Assembly (NCBI GenBank): GCA_041674105.1
Contig: JBAYWK010000004.1
Location: 1 to 58,287, forward strand
Direction: 5' to 3'
Length of the DNA stretch: 58,287 nucleotides
Origin: Minisyncoccota bacterium
GTDB lineage: Bacteria; Patescibacteriota; Minisyncoccia; Phycocordibacterales; DATDWN01
Part shown: piece by piece, positions 1 through 8,523 of the stretch
How positions within the stretch are numbered: position 1 is the stretch's first letter
How the letters are laid out: every line of letters begins with the position of its first letter
Program-made: the position numbers and the translations under genes
The notes under the pieces: generated by a model
What the model was told of the DNA's origin: nothing
Database searches by the model: none
The model's input: the letters and a program-made list of their open reading frames with translations, nothing else

Positions 1-56
1 AAGTAGTTTCTGCTGATATGGATAGAAGAGTTTTAGATTATGCTTTAGTTGATTAA
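1..56 (+). CDS. 3' end of a gene entering from the left, possibly the C-terminal S1 domain of RNase R (partial)
   Basis: Frame from base 3 reads VVSADMDRRVLDYALVD* (TAA 54-56), resembling the last strand of RNase R S1 domains; its stop overlaps the stop of the convergent oxidoreductase. Only 17 codons are visible. Confidence 0.4.
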   Translation, partial: VVSADMDRRVLDYALVD

Positions 57-1813
57 GAGGTGTGCTTAGTATGAGGGTGATCTGGTGGGGCTAAATATTT
101 TACTATATCGTCTTTTGTAGTCCCAACTTTTTTACCAGGATTGAATATGTTTTTTGGATCAAAAATATTTTTTACATCTTCAAATATAGATAACATCTTC
201 TGACTATACATTTTATTTAGATAAGGAGTCCTAATTATTCCATCATTGTGCTCCGCTGTTATAGAACCCTTATATTCAGCAACTAAATCGTAAACTTTAT
301 CTGATAATTCCAATATAGTTGGAATTATTCTCTCATCATTCATATCAACCAAAGGAATTATATGAAAGTTTCCATTACCAGCGTGACCAGCGATTGTATA
401 GACCAAATATGGATAATCATCCAACAGATTATTTAATTTAGGTAAAAATTCTGGGAGACATTCTGGATTCACAACAATATCATCTATAAAAGGAGCTGTT
501 CTCATACCTTTCACATGTTTTCTAAGTAGAGCAAAACTGTCTCGACGCATTGCCCAATACTTGTCAGCTTCTGCGATAGATCTTGTTATTCTAGTCTTTA
601 GTTTAAAATGACTTACTTTGTTTTGAGCATCCAAACATTTTTGTTGAATATCTTTCTCATCATTTCCGGAGAATTCAATAAGTAAAATCAATTTCGGTAC
701 CCCACCCGAAATAACCATAAAAAATTCTGGTAAGAAAGACAGTCCAAATTTTATAGAACCCCAAAAACCTTTTTGTTTTACAAAATCACCAAAAAACTTC
801 ATAGCTAAGCCAAAAGTTTTATCATCATAAGATTCAATACTCTGAGGATTTAAAGCTTTTAATTCATAGACCAAGTTTCCTAAAATAGATAAATCATTTA
901 AAAAAACAACTAGAAGTTTTGAGGCTTTAGGAATTTCCACCAAATTAAAAGTGATCTTTGTCACTATACCAAGTGTACCCTGAGACCCAGCTATAAGCTT
1001 TGGTAAATCAAAAACTTCCTCTCCAAAAGAATCGTTCCAAACATTCCAAATAGTATAACCAGCAGAATTTTTAGAGACTTGTGGTTTACTAGAATTTATT
1101 TCATCTTTATTTTGGTCTATTAGGTCAAATATTTTTTTATAAAGAGATCCTTCAAAATTACTTTGAGACATTTTTGACTCCAGTTCTGACTTAGATATAG
1201 GTTTTAATGTGTATTCATTACCATCTTCAAAAATAAAAGAAAGCTCTGCTATATAGTCTTCTGTTTTTCCATATCTCAAAGTCAATTCTCCAGCTGAATT
1301 ATTCCCAACCATACCACCAACAGCGTTTATAGATTTTGAAGCCGTAAAAGAAGGTAAAAGTAATCCTTTTTCTCCAACTGCTTTTTCAAAATCCCTATAA
1401 AAACAACCCGGCTCTACAACAACTCGTCCAGAAACATTTACAGAAGCACTTCCCGGAAACATAGGTTTCATTTGTTTTATATCTGTATTCTCAACAGATA
1501 TAATTTTGTTCATATATTTTGTGGTATCTAAAATAATAGAAGTGTTTAGTGGTCCTCCTGCCATGCAAGTTCCAGCTGCTCTAACCGTCAAAGAAAGGTC
1601 TGGGTACTTAGATTTATTTAAAGATACCCATTTTACCAATTCCGAAATATCTTTTGAATGCTTAGGAAAAACAACTACCTCTGGTTTTATTTTAAACAAG
1701 CTTGCGTCTGTACTATATTTTTCTAAAATCTCTGGAGAGGATTCTACTTCCCCTTCACATATTTTTGATATTTCCTCAGTAATAAATTTAATTTGGTTTA
1801 ATTTTTCTTCCAT
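53..1813 (-). CDS. FAD-binding oxidoreductase (D-lactate dehydrogenase/glycolate oxidase-like, FAD-linked oxidase family)
   Basis: 586 aa; N-terminal FAD_binding_4-like region (RAAGTCMAGG, VVEPG, GGMVGNNSAG), GSQGTLGIVT, and C-terminal GHAGNGNFH / AEHNDG / DPKNIFNPGK motifs. Confidence 0.85.
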   Translation of the reverse strand: MEEKLNQIKFITEEISKICEGEVESSPEILEKYSTDASLFKIKPEVVVFPKHSKDISELVKWVSLNKSKYPDLSLTVRAAGTCMAGGPLNTSIILDTTKYMNKIISVENTDIKQMKPMFPGSASVNVSGRVVVEPGCFYRDFEKAVGEKGLLLPSFTASKSINAVGGMVGNNSAGELTLRYGKTEDYIAELSFIFEDGNEYTLKPISKSELESKMSQSNFEGSLYKKIFDLIDQNKDEINSSKPQVSKNSAGYTIWNVWNDSFGEEVFDLPKLIAGSQGTLGIVTKITFNLVEIPKASKLLVVFLNDLSILGNLVYELKALNPQSIESYDDKTFGLAMKFFGDFVKQKGFWGSIKFGLSFLPEFFMVISGGVPKLILLIEFSGNDEKDIQQKCLDAQNKVSHFKLKTRITRSIAEADKYWAMRRDSFALLRKHVKGMRTAPFIDDIVVNPECLPEFLPKLNNLLDDYPYLVYTIAGHAGNGNFHIIPLVDMNDERIIPTILELSDKVYDLVAEYKGSITAEHNDGIIRTPYLNKMYSQKMLSIFEDVKNIFDPKNIFNPGKKVGTTKDDIVKYLAPPDHPHTKHTS

Positions 1814-1892
1814 ATATAAATTATAGCAATTAAATAAAGCAATTAAAAAGAAAATTGATGTTTAATCAATTTTCTTAAATTTCTAATAAAAA

Positions 1893-2432
1893 TTATTTTG
1901 AAACCTTGCCTCGCCACGGAGTACCCAACATAGGAAGAAGAAATCTGTCCAAACCAAGAAATCCAGATATTTTCCAAGCTAGGATAACTCCTATACTCAA
2001 TACAAAAAGAATAGGATTTGAACTGACAGTTCCTGCTAAAAGATAATTTAGGTTCATAAGTAACCCAAAAAAGGCTGCGATACCAGTAAAAGCGCCCACA
2101 ATAAGCCCTACACCGACCAATATCTCACCATAAGTAATCATATGCGACCATAAGCTAGCGTTCGGTAAGACGACGTTCTGAAGAAATGCTCCGTACCAAC
2201 CAGAGACATCAGGATGGAGTCCTTCAGTCTTTGTCAAAGCCCCTTTTATAAAACCTGTTATAGCTCCACCTGCCTCTGGACCAATCCAAGCCGGATTTGT
2301 AGCTTTATCTATCCCAGCTTGCAACCATTGCCACCCAATATACAGACGCACAACGAGCCAAAACCACGCCATTTTTGTATTTGAAAACAAAAATTTAGAC
2401 AAGGGCGACTCTTCTACAATAATAGTTGCCAT
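1893..2432 (-). CDS. DoxX/DoxD-family membrane protein (thiosulfate:quinone oxidoreductase small-subunit-like)
   Basis: 179 aa; RLYIGWQWLQAGIDK, GEILVGVGLIVG, MNLNYLLAG and GLDRFL motifs with about 4 TM helices. Confidence 0.8.
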   Translation of the reverse strand: MATIIVEESPLSKFLFSNTKMAWFWLVVRLYIGWQWLQAGIDKATNPAWIGPEAGGAITGFIKGALTKTEGLHPDVSGWYGAFLQNVVLPNASLWSHMITYGEILVGVGLIVGAFTGIAAFFGLLMNLNYLLAGTVSSNPILFVLSIGVILAWKISGFLGLDRFLLPMLGTPWRGKVSK

Positions 2433-2548
2433 AATAAAAAATATTTAAATATTAATACTTACAATTATAACCCTTTGTGTCCACTATAGTAAATCTACTT
2501 AACCCCAATAAAAAGCAGAGTCTATTTCGCTACAGCGACGGCCTCGTC

Positions 2549-2584
2549 CCTGCTTCGCACAAAACTACGGAGGGCAAACAAAAT
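2549..2584. repeat. Short palindromic element (GCCCTCCGTAG...GCGAAGCAGGG on minus) between two diverged copies of the smc 3' end
   Basis: Flanked by 2522-2548 (encodes DEAVAVAK*) and 2585-2611 (encodes DEAIAVAK*, the true smc end). Confidence 0.55.
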
Positions 2585-4840
2585 CTACTTAGCTACAGCA
2601 ATGGCTTCGTCGAAAGCAACGGAAAGTAACTTCGATCCTCCACCACTCGCCATAGTTACGCCGTAAAGTATTCCTGCTCGAGACATTGTCTCTCTATTAT
2701 GAGTTATGACAATAAGCTGAGAAAATTTTGAAAGATTCTCTACCATATCTCCATATTTTCTAGAATTTGCTTCATCCAGTGCAGCGTCTGTTTCATCCAA
2801 AATTATAAACGGCGGAGGATTTACCTGAGAAATAGCAAAAAGTAGTGCAATAGAAGTCAAAGCTCTTTCCCCACCAGAGAGCATCATAAGACCCCTTATC
2901 TTCTTTTTTGGTAAAGACACATCTATGTCTATACCCTCTTCTCCTTCCTCCTCTTCTATATTCTCAAGTTCTTCTTCAAACTCTCCATCCAATATGGATC
3001 CGCCTCGAGCAGACTTCCGTTTTGGTGAAGAAATGACAAAAAGTTTTGCCTCTCCTCCACCAAACATAAGTGAGAAATATTCTTTAAATTGATTATTTAT
3101 TTTCTGAAGACCTTCCTCAAACTCTACGGCTAGGCGCTTGTCCAAATCTACAATCAACTCAGATATAGAATTTGCAGAGAGTTCTAAATCTTCAAGTTCT
3201 TTAGCTAAAAAGGCATCTCTTTGCGTAACTTCTTCATATTCTTTTAGAACTTCACCACCTCCTAAACCACCAGCGTCTTCTAATCTTATTTTTATTTTTT
3301 CTATAACTTTCCTCCTTTCCTCTTGAACAAATCTTTCCTCGTTGTAGTCAAATGATAAATTTTCATATTCAAGGACGCCTCTCCCGAGCATCATAGCCAA
3401 CTCAGTCAATTCTCTTTTAAAATCTTCTTTTATAACTCTTAAAGTTTCTTCTTCACTTCTTATTTTATTTAAATTAGATATTATCTCCTGTTCTTCGGCC
3501 ATTATTCTGAAAACAGCTTTCTCTGCATCACGATTTGAATCCTTTTCAGCGTTTATCTTTTCTTGAAGCTTAGTGTATTCCTTTGCCACATCCTCTTCTC
3601 TTTTTTCCATTTCTTCTGTTTTTTGAAAAGTTTCTTCTTTTAGTTTTTTTAAAGTATTTAAATCTTTCTCGGCTTCAGATAAAAGAGATGTATCCACCTT
3701 ATCTTTGTTGCTGTCTATAAAATTTGAAATGTGTTTTGAAATATCATCTAGAGCAGAAATAATATCTGACACAGTTTGCATCTGTTTAGCTGTATTTATT
3801 TTCTGCTCTATTTCTCTATTTAAAGACTCCAAAGAAACCAAGGCAACAGTCTTATGAATATAAGAATTGACTATCTCCTCTTGTTTTTTAATCATCCTTA
3901 CCAAAGAAGTTATCTCTCCATCCAATCTACCGGATTCTCTAAGTAAATCTTCTTTTTCTTTTCTGACATTATGAAGGTTATTTTCTAAAGATATAAGCTC
4001 GTCAGACATACTGTCTCTATGAGAAGCTTTCTCAAGGACGGATTTCGCTGACGAAAGTTCTGTTTCTAGTCTAGTCTTTTCTTTTTGAAGCGGAGATATT
4101 TTTAAGAACAAATCGTCTGTAACTTTTTTTATATAATAATCTTCTCTATTGCAATATTCCAAAGCTCTACCTTTAAGTTCCTCTTTCATTTGCAAGGTTT
4201 TCTCCACTTTTTCAACTTGTTTTTTCAAAAAACGAATATGAGGATTTATTTCTCTTCTTAGAGATTCTACTTGAGCAATATTTTCTTTTGTTTTCAAAAG
4301 TTTTTTCTCACTCTCTTGCTTTTTATACTGATACATCTTGAGGCCTAAAGCATCTTCAACCATTGATTTTCTTTCTTTAGCTGTGGCATTCAATATTCTG
4401 TCAGCTTCGCCTTGAGAAATAATATGATGTCTAGAAACCCCTATATGAGCAGAGATTAAAAGTTCTATAATATCTTTAAGTCTTACTTGAGAACCATTTA
4501 TAAGATACTCATTTATACCATCTCTATAAACAATTCTCTCTATAGTTACTGTTTCAAAATCCACCGGCAAAAATTTTGTACTATTATCAAAAACAACTTT
4601 TACACTGGCTCTATTTGCTCTAGGTAAATCTCCCGCTCCATTGAAAATAAGATCTTCACCTTTCTTACCTCTCATTGATTTTATAGACTGCTCTCCCAAA
4701 ACAAAACGAAAAGCTTCAGCTATATTAGACTTTCCGGAACCATTTGGACCAACAATGGCTGAAACATTTGATGAAAAAGTTAGCTCGCTTTTTTTTGCGA
4801 AACTTTTAAATCCAAAAAGTTCAATAGATTTTAGATACAT
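2585..4840 (-). CDS. smc: Short SMC-family chromosome segregation ATPase
   Basis: 751 aa; MYLKSIELFGFKSF start, Walker A GPNGSGKS, Q-loop ISQG, signature LSGGE, Walker B/D-loop LDETDAALD, long coiled coils. Confidence 0.9.
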   Translation of the reverse strand: MYLKSIELFGFKSFAKKSELTFSSNVSAIVGPNGSGKSNIAEAFRFVLGEQSIKSMRGKKGEDLIFNGAGDLPRANRASVKVVFDNSTKFLPVDFETVTIERIVYRDGINEYLINGSQVRLKDIIELLISAHIGVSRHHIISQGEADRILNATAKERKSMVEDALGLKMYQYKKQESEKKLLKTKENIAQVESLRREINPHIRFLKKQVEKVEKTLQMKEELKGRALEYCNREDYYIKKVTDDLFLKISPLQKEKTRLETELSSAKSVLEKASHRDSMSDELISLENNLHNVRKEKEDLLRESGRLDGEITSLVRMIKKQEEIVNSYIHKTVALVSLESLNREIEQKINTAKQMQTVSDIISALDDISKHISNFIDSNKDKVDTSLLSEAEKDLNTLKKLKEETFQKTEEMEKREEDVAKEYTKLQEKINAEKDSNRDAEKAVFRIMAEEQEIISNLNKIRSEEETLRVIKEDFKRELTELAMMLGRGVLEYENLSFDYNEERFVQEERRKVIEKIKIRLEDAGGLGGGEVLKEYEEVTQRDAFLAKELEDLELSANSISELIVDLDKRLAVEFEEGLQKINNQFKEYFSLMFGGGEAKLFVISSPKRKSARGGSILDGEFEEELENIEEEEGEEGIDIDVSLPKKKIRGLMMLSGGERALTSIALLFAISQVNPPPFIILDETDAALDEANSRKYGDMVENLSKFSQLIVITHNRETMSRAGILYGVTMASGGGSKLLSVAFDEAIAVAK

Positions 4841-4914
4841 AGTTACCTATAGAGTATATAAAAATATTTTACTTTTGTCTTGGAAAACCAATACCAAACC
4901 AAAAACCCGTTGAC

Positions 4915-5005
4915 CTATGTTTCGAGAAGAGCCTTGCACAGCGCGACGGTGCTAGCAGTTCGCTAGCCCAGTAGGGCCAAATAGATTGCTTTTTGAGAAA
5001 TATAG
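4915..5005 (+). repeat. Structured intergenic element, copy A (GCGCGACGG core, AGTA-capped hairpin)
   Basis: Outer arms 4915-4932 and 4988-5005 pair with several G-U pairs on +; core at 4941-4949; gccc-AGTA-gggc at 4966-4977. Confidence 0.65.
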
Positions 5006-5023
5006 AGAGAGTTTTAATTAAAT

Positions 5024-5719
5024 CTACTCCCAACCTTTATCTCTAAGTGCCTTCCGAGCTGCCTCTTGTTCTGCGTCTTGTTTGGAGTTTCCTTCGCCTG
5101 TAGCGACTAAGTCTTTGCCTATATAAACACCAATGGTAAATTTCTTCTCATGATCTGGTCCAGATTCTTTTATTGTCTTGTATGAAGGAGTAGTACTTTC
5201 AAACTCCTGAGCTTTTTCCTGAAATAGACTTTTTGAATCTATAAAACTTTTTGCAGAAATAATATCATGTATAAGAGGAGTAAATTCTTTTTCTACAAAT
5301 TCTTTTGTTCTTTCATATCCTTGATCTATATACAAAGCTCCAATAAAAGCTTCCAAAGTATTAGCTAAAATATATTGTCTTGCTCTACCATTATCCTTAC
5401 TTTCACCTTTTGAAAGTAGGAGGAAATCGTTCATACCGAGCCTTGTGGCAATATCAGCACAAGTAGTGGCGTTGACCAAAGATGATCTATAAGCAGTCAA
5501 TTCTCCTTCTTGTTTTTCAGGATATTCTCCATATAAAAAGTCTGTAATAACAAGCTCTAAAACAGCATCCCCCAAAAATTCCAATCTTTCATTATGGGCA
5601 GTACGAAGACCTCTGTTTTCATTTATATATGAACGATGAACAAAAGCCTGCATAAGTAGGTTTTTATCCTTGAAATTTATACCTATTTTATTTTGAAATT
5701 CTGAGACTTCTATACTCAT
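5024..5719 (-). CDS. rnc: Ribonuclease III
   Basis: HNERLEFLGDAVLEL signature plus C-terminal dsRBD (GEGNSKQDAEQEAA). Confidence 0.97.
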   Translation of the reverse strand: MSIEVSEFQNKIGINFKDKNLLMQAFVHRSYINENRGLRTAHNERLEFLGDAVLELVITDFLYGEYPEKQEGELTAYRSSLVNATTCADIATRLGMNDFLLLSKGESKDNGRARQYILANTLEAFIGALYIDQGYERTKEFVEKEFTPLIHDIISAKSFIDSKSLFQEKAQEFESTTPSYKTIKESGPDHEKKFTIGVYIGKDLVATGEGNSKQDAEQEAARKALRDKGWE

Positions 5720-5771
5720 AAGCGGTACTGTAACATAAAAAAAAATAACTGGAAACCTAGAGCTTTAAATA

Positions 5772-6665
5772 CTACTTTTTTAATAAAATATTTATAGCCT
5801 TAGTAACAATAGGTAAAATATCATTATAAAAATTCAAATCCAAAATATCGCCCATCTTAAACCATTTAGCATCATCAAGTCCTCCAGAGTTTTCAAGCTT
5901 TATATCTACAAAAGGAGCTTCAGCCAAATAATAAGATACATTTTTTTTGATTTTACCTTTTTCAGGATGATGAGTTAGATATTGGTTTGAGCCAAGTTTT
6001 TCTTTTACTTTTATAGGAAGTGAGATTTCATCCTGAATGACCTTAACAACTTCTGCATCAGGATCTGTACCTTCTATATGACCTTTGGATAAAGTCCAAT
6101 GACCAAAAACATCATGTACCAAAGCCAAATACATATCTTCACCTTCTTTAGCATAAACAACCGCTCCAACCAGATATTCTATCGGAATATTCGCAGAAAT
6201 ACCGTCCTTACTTTTTTTATCCTTAGATGTCTCGTCTTTACCTGGCTCTCCAAGCTCTTTGTATACCGCACCCAGAACACCATTTACAAATTTGCTAGAA
6301 GTTTCTCCTCCAAAAGTCTTTGAAAGTTCTATAGCCTCATTTATGGCCACTTTAGGTGGCACCTGTGACCTATCCGCAAACAAAAGCTCAAAAAGTCCAA
6401 TACGTAAAATGTTCCTATCAATAACACTTATTTTATCAATAGGCCAATCTGGTGCCGCTTTCTCTATAATAAGGTCTAAATCCCTTTGTCTTTCAATAAC
6501 ACCTTTTATTAAATTCTCCATAAAAGTAGTCTCTCCTATTCCTGGAGCAAACTCTTCTGCATTGCGGATAAATATCTCCATAATCTCTGTGGAGTTTTTT
6601 TTACTAAAATCCCATTCAAATAAGGACTGTAGAACTATTGATCTGGAAAGGTGCCTTTGTGCCAT
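5772..6665 (-). CDS. nusB: Transcription antitermination factor NusB fused to a C-terminal NUDIX-like domain
   Basis: N-terminal NusB motifs (IDRNILRIGLFEL, AINEAIELSKTFGG, FVNGVLG); C-terminal GAVVY...WTLSKGHIE NUDIX-type fold. Confidence 0.9.
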   Translation of the reverse strand: MAQRHLSRSIVLQSLFEWDFSKKNSTEIMEIFIRNAEEFAPGIGETTFMENLIKGVIERQRDLDLIIEKAAPDWPIDKISVIDRNILRIGLFELLFADRSQVPPKVAINEAIELSKTFGGETSSKFVNGVLGAVYKELGEPGKDETSKDKKSKDGISANIPIEYLVGAVVYAKEGEDMYLALVHDVFGHWTLSKGHIEGTDPDAEVVKVIQDEISLPIKVKEKLGSNQYLTHHPEKGKIKKNVSYYLAEAPFVDIKLENSGGLDDAKWFKMGDILDLNFYNDILPIVTKAINILLKK

Positions 6666-6733
6666 CTCGTTTGTATACTAAACATTATACAAATAATTTT
6701 CAAAAAAAACAAAAATAATTAAAACAAAAGGGT

Positions 6734-6961
6734 CTATCGACCCTCTTTATTTTTAGATGAAGCTTTTTTAGCTTTCTTTGCTATCTTCGCAGAGAAATCT
6801 ATAACAGTCCTTCCTCTATATTGACCAGTAACAGTAGAAGCTCTATGACGCAAATGAGGAACCTTAGTGTTTGCATCTACAGTTATAGCAGGAGACTCCA
6901 ATCTGTGGTGAGATCGGGTATTTCCCCTCTGTGATCTTGTATGTCTCATTCTTACAACCAT
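6734..6961 (-). CDS. rpmF: 50S ribosomal protein L32 (cysteine-free form)
   Basis: MVVRMRHTRSQRGNTRSHH...HLRHRA...GQYRGR; located next to nusB and rnc. Confidence 0.9.
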   Translation of the reverse strand: MVVRMRHTRSQRGNTRSHHRLESPAITVDANTKVPHLRHRASTVTGQYRGRTVIDFSAKIAKKAKKASSKNKEGR

Positions 6962-7078
6962 AATGAAAGAAAGTGTACCTTATATCATAAAAAAAATCAA
7001 CTCGTAATAATTTTTTACAGAACGATACATTTCTGTTGCACCCTAGCAAACTAGACCATCTATATAAATTTTTAAAAT

Positions 7079-7196
7079 AAATCCCCATCGAGTGTATGTG
7101 TTTTCTGAAACATTGCGAGCGCGACGGCGTGAACACGAGGAATTTTTCAGTAGAAAAATATCCGTTTTCAGAAAACATATACCGAGATGGGGATTT
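7079..7196 (+). repeat. Structured intergenic element, copy B
   Basis: Arms aaatccccatc...gatggggattt and ttttctgaaa/tttcagaaaa; core GAGCGCGACGGCGTGA at 7117-7132; atttttc-AGTA-gaaaaat at 7142-7159. Confidence 0.7.
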
Positions 7197-7248
7197 AAAA
7201 AATCAAGGACAATCTAAAATTATGTTGCTGAGAAAGAGATTTTAAATA

Positions 7249-7839
7249 CTATCTTCTACAAAAACTTTTTCTATGTATAGGAGATAAACCATACTTTAAA
7301 ATAACTCCTTTGTGTATTTTTGTCCCATACCCTTTATGTCTATCAAACATATACTCGGGATACTTCTTATGCATCTTTACCATAAAATTATCTCTAGAAA
7401 CTTTGGCTATTATACTAGCCCAAGAAATAATTTTTTCTTTTTCATCTCCTTTTATTATTGTCTTCTGAAACAAAAATTCTGAAGGAGCATAAAGTCCTCC
7501 ATCTAATAAAATTTTACACTTCTTTGGATTAAGTTTCTGTTTTTTGAGACCCTCATTTATGGCTTTTTTTATAGAAAAAGAAATACCCTTTTTATCTATG
7601 ATTTTATTAGAGACACTAACTACTGAAAAATCTATACTCAACTTTTTCAAATATTTAAAGTATTTTTGACGAAGTATTGGAGTTAGTTTTTTACTATCTT
7701 TACCAAAAGCTGGTAAATTTTTGTCTTTTTTAAATCTTAAATAATCCTTAAAATCACAGGAAGCGACACAAACAGTCACAGGTCCAGCCAAAGGACCTCT
7801 ACCGACTTCGTCTATACCAACTATCTTTGAAAGAGTCAT
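7249..7839 (-). CDS. rnhB: Ribonuclease HII
   Basis: GIDEVGRGPLAGPV, DSKKL, DG, KGD...ASIIAKVSRD, HKGYGT and HRKSF motifs. Confidence 0.95.
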   Translation of the reverse strand: MTLSKIVGIDEVGRGPLAGPVTVCVASCDFKDYLRFKKDKNLPAFGKDSKKLTPILRQKYFKYLKKLSIDFSVVSVSNKIIDKKGISFSIKKAINEGLKKQKLNPKKCKILLDGGLYAPSEFLFQKTIIKGDEKEKIISWASIIAKVSRDNFMVKMHKKYPEYMFDRHKGYGTKIHKGVILKYGLSPIHRKSFCRR

Positions 7840-7847
7840 AAAAAAAA

Positions 7848-8381
7848 CTAATGATCAGTATAGAGATAAGGACTGTAGTTTTGAGGATTAGGCTTACCAT
7901 GACTACCTCGACACCACGGCCTATCATTACCAACCGTATTCTCAATCCAACCTTTAAGCTCACATCTATTTGGATTTGAATGATCCTCAAACTGTGCTAC
8001 AAGATCATATTCATTTGGATACGAAGCCGTGTTATTACCATAAGCATATGTATAACCACTGTCTTCATTCCATGGTCCAAGGCCTGTATTTTTTGGGTCT
8101 ACCGGCATCTTTTTCATATAAGGAGTGAGAGCAGTCTGCAGAGCTCCCCAATTTGTACTATAAACCCAGCCAGAAATGACAGGATATTTACCATTATCAT
8201 CATAATAAAGTTCAAGGGCAGTTCTTATTTGTCTCAAATCCTGCATCCTTTTAGCGTCACGAGCTTTTATTCTAGCAGTGTTTAGTGAAGCCAAAACGAT
8301 AGACGACAAAAGACTAATTATAGAAATAACCACGAGTAACTCTATCAAAGTAAAACCTTTTTTATCTCTAGATAAAAACAT
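7848..8381 (-). CDS. Type IV pilin / GspG-like prepilin
   Basis: Class III signal KKG/FTLIELLVVISII followed by ARDAKRMQDLRQIRTALELYY...DP. Confidence 0.92.
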   Translation of the reverse strand: MFLSRDKKGFTLIELLVVISIISLLSSIVLASLNTARIKARDAKRMQDLRQIRTALELYYDDNGKYPVISGWVYSTNWGALQTALTPYMKKMPVDPKNTGLGPWNEDSGYTYAYGNNTASYPNEYDLVAQFEDHSNPNRCELKGWIENTVGNDRPWCRGSHGKPNPQNYSPYLYTDH

Positions 8382-8523
8382 TTTTTCTAAGTATTAATTT
8401 AGACTTGTCTATATATAATAACGACTACTTAGAAATATAACAATTTTTTTATCCCCAAAATCATATTTCTCGGTAAAAAAATATGACATTTAGACCACTA
8501 AATTTTGTGTTATAATCTACAGA

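Noticed and set aside
6864-7178. 104-aa ORF spanning the rpmF upstream region
   Set aside because: It overlaps rpmF in another frame and is largely a translation of palindromic element B.
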